Assembly: GCA_036677065.1 (NCBI GenBank)
Contig: JAKFBS010000001.1
Location: 672,001 to 736,000, forward strand
Source: Bdellovibrio sp.
GTDB lineage: Bacteria; Bdellovibrionota; Bdellovibrionia; Bdellovibrionales; Bdellovibrionaceae
Direction: 5' to 3'
Length of the DNA stretch: 64,000 nt
The notes beneath the pieces were generated by a model that saw only the letters and a program-made list of their open reading frames with translations, searched no databases and was not told the DNA's origin. Of this stretch, positions 50,910-58,139 are shown in pieces; within the stretch, counting starts at the first letter, position 1; each line of letters starts with the position of its first letter. The position numbers and the translations under genes are program-made.

Positions 50910-50943
50910 GGGCTCTGGCGGTTGTTCGTCAGAGCTTTTTTTT
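50910..50943 (+). terminator. Rho-independent terminator after flagellin 2
   Basis: GGGCTCTGGCG-N6-CGTCAGAGC followed by a long T run. Confidence 0.75.
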
Positions 50944-50971
50944 GCCTTTTTTGGGTACCGCCCCGCTACGA

Positions 50972-51538
50972 CTAGAAATCTAGTTCATCCGGTGCGATCA
51001 AATATTCGCCTGGTTTCACTTCAACGACCTTCTCTTTTTTAGGTTTTACTTCACCTTTAATATCAGCCATCGCTTCATCTTGATTTTGAACTTTTGTTTT
51101 TTTAAGCTGGGCTTTTTCAGCTTTAACTTCTACTTGTGGAGTTTCAACAACATCCTCTTCAAGTTCTGCTTCCTCTAATGGAGGCTCTTCAGCATAGGCA
51201 TTTTGTATTAACGGATTTTCGTTGCGGGCCATAGGACAAGGTTTTACTACGCGGGCTAAAGTGTAACCGGTCATATTTTGTAAAAGATCATAAGCACACA
51301 TTCCTGGTTTCATACGGTCAGAAACTAAAACTAAAGAAGTAGTATATCTGCGGTCGCAGGCATCAACGATTAAATCATAGCCTTGAAGAGCTGCGATATT
51401 CTTTTGGCGAAAAACACATTGGTTGTTCTGTAATACATCTGATGGGTTCTTAAGAGTACGGCCTGGTTCGGCCTGAATTTGTGCCTGCGCTACAAAAGAA
51501 AATACCAGGGCAAAAGAGAAGAATAAAATGTTTTTCAT
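50972..51538 (-). CDS. Secreted hypothetical protein
   Basis: SD GGAG then MKNILFFSFALVFSFVAQA signal peptide at 51538; four Cys; acidic tail. Confidence 0.75.
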   Translation of the reverse strand: MKNILFFSFALVFSFVAQAQIQAEPGRTLKNPSDVLQNNQCVFRQKNIAALQGYDLIVDACDRRYTTSLVLVSDRMKPGMCAYDLLQNMTGYTLARVVKPCPMARNENPLIQNAYAEEPPLEEAELEEDVVETPQVEVKAEKAQLKKTKVQNQDEAMADIKGEVKPKKEKVVEVKPGEYLIAPDELDF

Positions 51539-51768
51539 AACAACGCTCCATTGGTCAAAAGCCAAAAAGTGTAATCCTGTCGAATACAAAGACACCGCCA
51601 TAGCATTTCCTACCGCTATTACGTATCTGAGGGCGCCGCCCGCCGACATATCTTCTACTTGCGAAGATCCTGCCAAATACACCCTTCGTCGCCATTTCCG
51701 AACTTCGTCATTTAAATCATTCAGGGCACCGCCCCACAGATCACGTTGAATTGCACTCAAACGAAGCT

Positions 51769-52365
51769 ATGAATCAACTTACTTTCTTTAAAAGCAAAAA
51801 TTCAAAGGCTCATGGCGGGGATCCCTCAATCGGTAGAAGGCGTTCAAAGAGAGTGCTAATACTGAAGCGTCCGATGCATGTGACTTTACGTTCTGAATTC
51901 GCGTATTCGGGGCGGTGCCTGCTGCGACATCAGAAAATGATTAATAAAGTTATAAGTAGGGCGGCAAATCGGTTTCGCATTTCTGTTTATGAAAAAGCGA
52001 TTTGTGGAAATCATCTTCATTTACTAGTGCGAGGTAGAACGCGTTTTGAAATTCAGAACTTTTTTCGTGTTGTCGCTGGTCATATTGCGCAGAACATTCT
52101 AGAGAGTCTTCCAATTCTAGAAAATGAAAAACCCAAGTGGGGCGGTGCCTCGCGATTGAGAAAGAATACATGTCAGCATCCTAAGAACCAGCGGAGGTTT
52201 TGGTGTGCATTGATTTATTCGCGAGTGCTTTCGGGATGGGGGCGTGAGTTTCGTACAGTTAAAAACTATATCGTGCAAAATACACTGGAAGCGATGGGTG
52301 TTATTCCCTATCAGAAGCGTAAAAATCGCCACGTAACCTATGGTGGGGCGGTGCCCTCGGGGTGA
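51769..52365 (+). mobile_element. HUH (Y1) transposase, IS200/RAYT-like
   Basis: PMHVTLR, GNHLHLLV (HUH), RRFW and NYIVQN (catalytic Tyr) motifs. Confidence 0.8.
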
Positions 52366-52664
52366 GAAAGGGTTGTTTGTTTGCTGCAATTAAATGGTAG
52401 CAATTCTCCTCTGAAATTAAATAAAATTTATTTAAATATTTTACTCGACGAATAGGCCTCAGACTAAAAGCTACAGACTAGATAGCTATTTAGTCTGTAG
52501 AGACCCAAGTCTGTCATTTATTAGTCCTGCACAGACTAGCTGAGACCATCAGCGGACCAGGAAAAAGCTAGACTAAGGTTTGGAAAATCACTGGTAAGAG
52601 GTCTATTTTTCAAAACCTTAGTCCAGAACGCATCCGTCGAAGGTCTAGATTTGCACGACGAGAC

Positions 52665-52691
52665 TAAAGAGCATCACAGACTCGCCGAAAG
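52665..52691 (+). promoter_or_regulatory. sigma28 promoter, flagellin 3
   Basis: TAAAGAGC-N11-GCCGAAAG. Confidence 0.7.
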
Positions 52692-52697
52692 GTATAT

Positions 52698-52861
52698 TAA
52701 GCAAACGACTCAGACTCGACTGGATGGGCTGGAGATACTTGGTGTTGTGACTGACAACAGGTATTGACGAAGGACCGTAACGGCAGGGTGTAGGTCACCA
52801 AAACGTACAAAACCGGACTATATATTGTAGTCCGGTTTAAAAAAACAAAAAGAGGTCTAAC
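52698..52861 (+). promoter_or_regulatory. Structured 5' leader of flagellin 3
   Basis: Hairpin 52735-52764 (loop TGACTGA), 11-bp hairpin 52810-52838, and several GGA motifs. Confidence 0.6.
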
Positions 52862-53695
52862 ATGGGATTAAGAATTTCAACAAACGTAGCAGCGATCAAT
52901 GCACAAAGAACAATGAGTACAAATACTCGTGAGATGCAAAAATCAATGGCTCAATTATCAACTGGTTCACGTATCACTAAAGCGGGCGATGATGCTGCAG
53001 GTTTAGCGATTTCTGAGAACTTAAAATCTACGATTCGTTCATACGGTCAAGCATCTAGAAATGCTAATGACGGTATCTCAATGATTCAAACAGCTGAACA
53101 GTCTATGGGTGAAATTTCTAACGTGTTAACTCGCGTACGTGAGTTAGGTATCCAAGCTTCTTCTGATACTATTGGTGATCAAGAACGTAACTTCATTCAA
53201 TCTGAGGTTAATGCTCTTAAATCTGAAGTACAACGTGTTGCTGAATCTACAACTTTCGGTTCTCGTAAATTATTAGATGGTTCTGGCGGTATTTATGACA
53301 TTCACGTAGGTACTTCTGCAAATGCAGCTACTGACTGGATTGGTTATGACTCTGCACAAACTAACGTATCTGTAGCTGCTTTAGGTATCGATGGATTAGA
53401 TTTTACTAGCAAAGATGGTGCTCGTGAAGGTTTAGGCGCTCTAGATCAAGCTCAATTGTCTGTAAATGGTTCTCGCGCTAACTTAGGTGCTTTACAAAAT
53501 CGTTTAACTTCAACTGTGGATGTTATCGGAACAATGTCTGAGTCGATGAGTGCAGCAAATTCACGTCTACGTGATGCTGATATCGCTTCAACAACTTCTG
53601 AGTTAGCTCGTAACTCTGTATTATTACAAGGTACGACTTCTGTGTTAGCTCAAGCTAACCAATCGCCACAAATGGCTTTAAAATTGATCGGTTAA
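52862..53695 (+). CDS. fliC: Flagellin (short, 277 aa) - flagellin 3
   Basis: MGLRISTN, GDDAAGLAISE, NANDGIS and RANLGALQNRL motifs. Confidence 0.97.
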   Translation: MGLRISTNVAAINAQRTMSTNTREMQKSMAQLSTGSRITKAGDDAAGLAISENLKSTIRSYGQASRNANDGISMIQTAEQSMGEISNVLTRVRELGIQASSDTIGDQERNFIQSEVNALKSEVQRVAESTTFGSRKLLDGSGGIYDIHVGTSANAATDWIGYDSAQTNVSVAALGIDGLDFTSKDGAREGLGALDQAQLSVNGSRANLGALQNRLTSTVDVIGTMSESMSAANSRLRDADIASTTSELARNSVLLQGTTSVLAQANQSPQMALKLIG

Positions 53696-53766
53696 TTAGT
53701 TCATATTTGATTAAATTGTTTGGGCGGGGTGCGACCTCGCCCTGCTCAAAAATTTAAATATTGCTT

Positions 53767-53801
53767 AAGCGGGCTTGGGAATCACCAAGTCCGCTTTTTT
53801 T
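53767..53801 (+). terminator. Rho-independent terminator after flagellin 3
   Basis: AAGCGGGCTTGG-N6-CCAAGTCCGCTT plus a T run. Confidence 0.8.
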
Positions 53802-53904
53802 GTTTCAAATCCCTTTCATTTACCAGTTTACAGAGGCAATACCTTGTTGCCGCAAGGCAAAAGTGGCTATGGTGGCCATTCTCTTGGAACTGAAAGGAAT
53901 AATC

Positions 53905-54975
53905 ATGTTCAAAAAAAGTTTATTATTATTTGCCGTCCTAGCTACTGGCCTATCTGCTTTAGCTGCAGAAACAGCTGCCCCAAAAGCAGCAGAAACAAAA
54001 CCTACAGAAAAAGAGCTAGTTATTTACTCAGCTCGTAAAGAAGAATTGATTAAACCACTTTTAGATCAATTTACTCAAAAAACAGGAATTCCTGTAAAAA
54101 TGTTATCTGATGATGCGCCAAAATTGTTGGCTCGTATTGAATCTGAAGGTACGGCGTCTCCGGCTGATGTCTTGATCACTGTTGATGTGGCGAATTTAAC
54201 AATCGCTAAAGACAAAGGTTTATTTGCAAAATTAAACTCGAAAACTTTAAACAAAAATGTTCCGGCTTTATACCGCGACAAAGACAGCGAGTGGTTTGGT
54301 TTAAGCAAACGTGTGCGCGCGGTTTTCTACAATAAAGAAAAAGTTAAACCAGAAGAATTATCTACTTATGAAGATTTAGCGGATGTAAAATGGAAAGGTA
54401 ACATTTTAGCACGCTCTTCATCTCATCCTTACAACCAATCATTATTTGCTCACATCATTAAAGTTCACGGTGATAAATATGCATCTGACTGGGCAAAAGG
54501 TTTCGTAACTAATTTAGCTCGTCCTCCACAAGGTGGCGATTCTGATCAATTACGTGCTGTTGCTGCCGGCGAAGCAAAATTAGCGATCTCTAACAGTTAC
54601 TACTACGGTAAAATGTTAACTTCAGAACTTCCTGAAGATAAATTAGTGGCGCAAAAAGTTGGAATCTTTTTCCCGAACCAAAAGTCGGCTAAAGGCCAAT
54701 TAAATGGCGTACACGTGAATATCAGTGGTGGCGCGGTTCTTAAGACAAGTAAAAATGCGAAAAACGCTCAAAAGCTTTTAGAATTTTTAAGCTCTGCTGA
54801 AGCGCAAGATTTATATGCAAGCTTGAATAAAGAATTTCCGGTATTAACAACTGCTAAATCTGATTCAGTCTTAGCTTCTTGGGGTCCGTTCAAAGAAGAT
54901 AAAACTTTATTACACTCTTGGGCACCTCACTCAAAACAAGCGACGTTAATTTCTGACCAAGTAGGTTGGAAGTAA
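53905..54975 (+). CDS. Fe3+ ABC transporter substrate-binding protein (FbpA/FutA-like)
   Basis: YSARKE, SPADVLITVD, GGDSDQ, NSYYY and HVNISG motifs; SD AAAGGA before ATG 53905. Confidence 0.9.
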   Translation: MFKKSLLLFAVLATGLSALAAETAAPKAAETKPTEKELVIYSARKEELIKPLLDQFTQKTGIPVKMLSDDAPKLLARIESEGTASPADVLITVDVANLTIAKDKGLFAKLNSKTLNKNVPALYRDKDSEWFGLSKRVRAVFYNKEKVKPEELSTYEDLADVKWKGNILARSSSHPYNQSLFAHIIKVHGDKYASDWAKGFVTNLARPPQGGDSDQLRAVAAGEAKLAISNSYYYGKMLTSELPEDKLVAQKVGIFFPNQKSAKGQLNGVHVNISGGAVLKTSKNAKNAQKLLEFLSSAEAQDLYASLNKEFPVLTTAKSDSVLASWGPFKEDKTLLHSWAPHSKQATLISDQVGWK

Positions 54976-54979
54976 TTTC

Positions 54980-56575
54980 GTGCTTCGAGGAGCAGCGTTA
55001 CTTTTTGCTGCTTTATGTATAGCGCCGCTACTGGTGATAGCTACTGCTTGGTTAATTGCAGTTTCTCCAGAAACGGCCGAAGCTTGGCAACATGTCGTTA
55101 AGTATCTTTTAACAAGTTATATTATTGATACGTTGTTGTTAGGGTTCGGAGTTGCCTTTACGGCGGTGGTCGTGGGCGTATCAACAGCATGGGTGAGCTC
55201 ACGCTTTTCTTTTTTTGGCCAATCTATCTTACAATTCGCGATGATCTTGCCGTTGGCCGTACCAGCTTATGTGTCGGCTTATTCTTATGGTTGGTTGTTT
55301 GAATATGCGGGCCCATTGCAAACACTGTTGCGTGACTTTACCGGCTGGGAAAAAGGCGATTATTATTTTCCGCAATTTAGAAATCTTGGTGGAGCGATTA
55401 TCGTCATTGGTTTTTCGACAGTGCCTTACGTTTATTTATTAGCTCGCACGGCGTTTCTAACTCAGCCTTTAGAATGGTGGCATGCTGCAAGTTCTATGGG
55501 ATCGTATCCGCGCCATTTTTTCTGGCGTGTGGCGCTGCCTGCAGCTCGTCCATTTGTTTTTGCCGGTGGATTATTGGCTTTAATGGAAGCTTTGGCTGAC
55601 ATCGGTACCGTGTCAATTATGAGTGTGCAAAGTTTCGGTGCTGGCATTTATCGAAGTTGGTTTTACCTAGGTGAACCCCTAGTGGCCGCGCGATTAGCAG
55701 CAGTGCTTTTGATTTTTGTTTTTCTATTAATGTCGGTTGAAGCTTTTAATCGACGCAAACAACGCTACAGTGCCATCATTCAAAACAATGAAATTAAAAA
55801 AATACCACTTACTTTCGGAAAAAGTATTTTCGCTTTTTTATTATGTCTTTTACCAGTGCTCGTCGGGTTTGTAATTCCGATATTAGTATTGTTGCGTTTA
55901 TTAAGTTATAACAAAGTATTTTCAATGGCGCTGTTAGACATTGAGTATGTTTGGCAAACTCTGCGTTTAGGCGGGCTTAGCGGCTTATTAGTTGCTGTGG
56001 TTGCCTTGGTTATGGCTTTAGCTGAACGTTTTTATCCTAAAGGTTGGCTTCGCTATTTTACCGCCTTAGCGAATGTAGGATATGCGATTCCGGGTGCGAT
56101 TTTAGCTGTGGGGTTAATGCTGTTGTTCGGCTGGACGCAAAAATACTTTTCTGCAGAGGGTTTTATGACAGCTACAATTGCTGCGTTACTCATTGCCTAT
56201 GTTGTTCGTTTTGTGGCGACCGCTTATCAACCCCTACGAAGCGGATTTACGCGTATACCCCAAGAATATGACCAGGCTTCGGCAGCTTTAGGAAAAAATA
56301 AATTTGTTACTTTTTTTCGCGTGCAATTGCCTTTGTTATGGCTTCCGCTGTGTGTGGCTTTTTTAGTCGTGTTCTTAGATACGGTGAAAGAACTTTCAGC
56401 GACTTTAATTTTACGTCCTTTTGATGTAAAAAACTTAGCTATCGTAGCCTTTGAGTTTGCCAGCGATGATCGTCATGTTGAAGCATCTCCGTATGCTTTA
56501 ATTTTAATTGCGTTAAGCACAGTAGCTGTAATTATTTTATTTAAATTATACGACAAACTAAAGGTGTACCGATGA
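54980..56575 (+). CDS. Fe3+ ABC transporter permease (FbpB-like)
   Basis: LPLAVPAYV, PYVYLLAR and KELSATLILRPF motifs. Confidence 0.9.
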   Translation: MLRGAALLFAALCIAPLLVIATAWLIAVSPETAEAWQHVVKYLLTSYIIDTLLLGFGVAFTAVVVGVSTAWVSSRFSFFGQSILQFAMILPLAVPAYVSAYSYGWLFEYAGPLQTLLRDFTGWEKGDYYFPQFRNLGGAIIVIGFSTVPYVYLLARTAFLTQPLEWWHAASSMGSYPRHFFWRVALPAARPFVFAGGLLALMEALADIGTVSIMSVQSFGAGIYRSWFYLGEPLVAARLAAVLLIFVFLLMSVEAFNRRKQRYSAIIQNNEIKKIPLTFGKSIFAFLLCLLPVLVGFVIPILVLLRLLSYNKVFSMALLDIEYVWQTLRLGGLSGLLVAVVALVMALAERFYPKGWLRYFTALANVGYAIPGAILAVGLMLLFGWTQKYFSAEGFMTATIAALLIAYVVRFVATAYQPLRSGFTRIPQEYDQASAALGKNKFVTFFRVQLPLLWLPLCVAFLVVFLDTVKELSATLILRPFDVKNLAIVAFEFASDDRHVEASPYALILIALSTVAVIILFKLYDKLKVYR

Positions 56576-57216
56576 GTGTAAGACTAACGAATGTCACTTA
56601 TAATTATCCGACCGCAAATCGCGGTGTTAAAGATGTCTCTTTCACTTTAGAAAGTGGCAAAATTGCCTGCTTGCTTGGCCCATCCGGAGCTGGCAAGTCG
56701 ACGCTGTTAAAAATTATTGCAGGGTTTGTGACTCCAGATCGTGGTGATGTTTTTATCCATGAACAAAAAGTAGCTACGTCCGAAAAAATTATAATTCCTA
56801 TTCAGAAACGTGAAATTGGTATTGTGTTTCAGCAACATGCGCTTTTTCCGCATATGACCGTAGCGGATAATATTTTATACGGCTGTCGCAGAAAAAAAGC
56901 CGAACGCACAGATTTTTTAAATCAATTACTGCAAGAATTTAAAATTGAAATACATAAAAACAAATACCCTCATGAAATTTCGGGCGGTGAAGCCCAGCGT
57001 GTGGCCGTCGCCCGCGCGATAGCCTCTGAACCCAGAGTACTTTTAATGGATGAGCCCTTTTCAAGTTTAGATCAAAGTTTACGAACACAAGTCGAACAAC
57101 AATGTTTAGCTATCATTCGCGAACGTAACCTAACGGCACTGATTGTGACTCATGACGAAGCCAGCGCAAAAAGCATGGGTGATTTGATAATTCGTATAGA
57201 CCAAGGTAGTGAGTAA
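56572..57216 (+). CDS. Fe3+ ABC transporter ATP-binding protein (FbpC-like, short)
   Basis: GPSGAGKS, ISGGEAQRVA and MDEPFS motifs. Confidence 0.88.
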   Translation: MSVRLTNVTYNYPTANRGVKDVSFTLESGKIACLLGPSGAGKSTLLKIIAGFVTPDRGDVFIHEQKVATSEKIIIPIQKREIGIVFQQHALFPHMTVADNILYGCRRKKAERTDFLNQLLQEFKIEIHKNKYPHEISGGEAQRVAVARAIASEPRVLLMDEPFSSLDQSLRTQVEQQCLAIIRERNLTALIVTHDEASAKSMGDLIIRIDQGSE

Positions 57217-57240
57217 AGGTTTTACATATTATTCCGATAA
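57214..57240 (+). promoter_or_regulatory. sigma28 promoter of the flaG-like gene
   Basis: TAAAGGTT-N11-TCCGATAA. Confidence 0.75.
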
Positions 57241-57246
57241 GTAAGT

Positions 57247-57636
57247 ATGAATGTAAAAAATCTGGCGGGTAACGCCATTATTAATTCATTACCGGCTACT
57301 AAAGGGGCGAACGCCTCTGAAAAAACTATTAAGTCAGAAATGACTCATGATCGCGATGCTAATGGCCAAGCGATGTATCAAAAAAACAAGAAAAAAGAAA
57401 AGATGAGCCGCGAACAAGCTGAAAAGGCGATCGCTGCTTTAAACGCAAAAACTTTCATGACCGATATGAAATGGATTGCCGTTCTGGTTGATGATGACGG
57501 ATTTTTCTATGCTGAAGTGAAAGATCAGACAGACAATGTCATTCGTAAAATCGCAGAATTTGATTTATGGGAAGTCTTCGAAGCTCCAGCTGCGGAGCAC
57601 ACGCAAAAAGGTAACTTACTTAAGCGTACTGCTTAG
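57247..57636 (+). CDS. flaG: FlaG-like flagellar protein
   Basis: VKD..NVIRKI and GNLLKRTA C-terminus; sigma28 promoter; near fliD. Confidence 0.6.
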   Translation: MNVKNLAGNAIINSLPATKGANASEKTIKSEMTHDRDANGQAMYQKNKKKEKMSREQAEKAIAALNAKTFMTDMKWIAVLVDDDGFFYAEVKDQTDNVIRKIAEFDLWEVFEAPAAEHTQKGNLLKRTA

Positions 57637-57658
57637 GAAAAAACCAGGGGCGGTGCCC

Positions 57659-57943
57659 CTATTTCTTACCGCGAATTCCTAAATTAGAAATAATTAATTT
57701 TTCATACTCTTTCATCAGAAAGTTAAACAGCTGACGTTCAGGAATATCATATAACTTCATAAGCTTTTTTAAGATGTCCCATGGAGGCGAGCATTTGCCA
57801 CGCTCCCAGTTAGAAACGAACTGCGACTTGCACTGACAAGCACGGGCAACGTCAATTTGAGTGAGATTTTTACTTTCGCGTTTGTCTTTTAGGTATTCGC
57901 CTAACTTACCAAAGTGCTGTTTTAGCGCATTTTTATTTTCCAT
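57659..57943 (-). CDS. XRE-family HTH regulator
   Basis: LTQIDVA..QFVSNWERGKCSPP. Confidence 0.88.
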   Translation of the reverse strand: MENKNALKQHFGKLGEYLKDKRESKNLTQIDVARACQCKSQFVSNWERGKCSPPWDILKKLMKLYDIPERQLFNFLMKEYEKLIISNLGIRGKK

Positions 57944-58139
57944 AAGGTCTAGAGAGTACGCGCTAAACGCTTTCTTCGTCTAGCTTTGCTGCTCCAAATC
58001 CAGAGCAAAGTCTAAGGGACATTTTTGCCCACTAAACCGATGTCCAAAGTTGGTCTAAAGACAAACCTTTGACTCACGTTGATATAAGAAAATCTGCCAT
58101 ACTGATTCAAGAGTTATTGTTTTTCATGGAGGAAATACA

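Larger units (their letters stand above)
50820..52356. repeat. Cluster of 12-bp GGGCACCGCCCC / GGGGCGGTGCCC REP-like repeats
   Basis: Copies at 50820, 50953, 51631 and 51724 (forward form), and at 51909, 52139 and 52345 (reverse form). Another copy at 57647. Confidence 0.75.

Noticed and set aside
51539..51760. Long N-terminal extension of the 50972..51760 ORF
   Set aside because: The SD and signal peptide start at 51538. The extension runs through the repeat copies.
50820..52356. CRISPR array
   Set aside because: Repeats are 12 bp, irregularly spaced and in both orientations; no cas genes in the window.
52810..52838. Attenuator terminator in the flagellin-3 leader
   Set aside because: The 11-bp hairpin is followed by an A run, not a U run, on the sense strand. 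Kept only as leader structure.
53761..53904. TTG start of the Fe-binding protein at 53761 (similarly 34432, 45723 and 60426)
   Set aside because: These extensions overlap terminators, promoters or likely leader sequence. Downstream ATGs have better SD or family-typical N-termini.
58056..58085. sigma28 promoter for fliD
   Set aside because: TAAAGACA and GTTGATAT are 14 nt apart, not 11-12; too weak to call.
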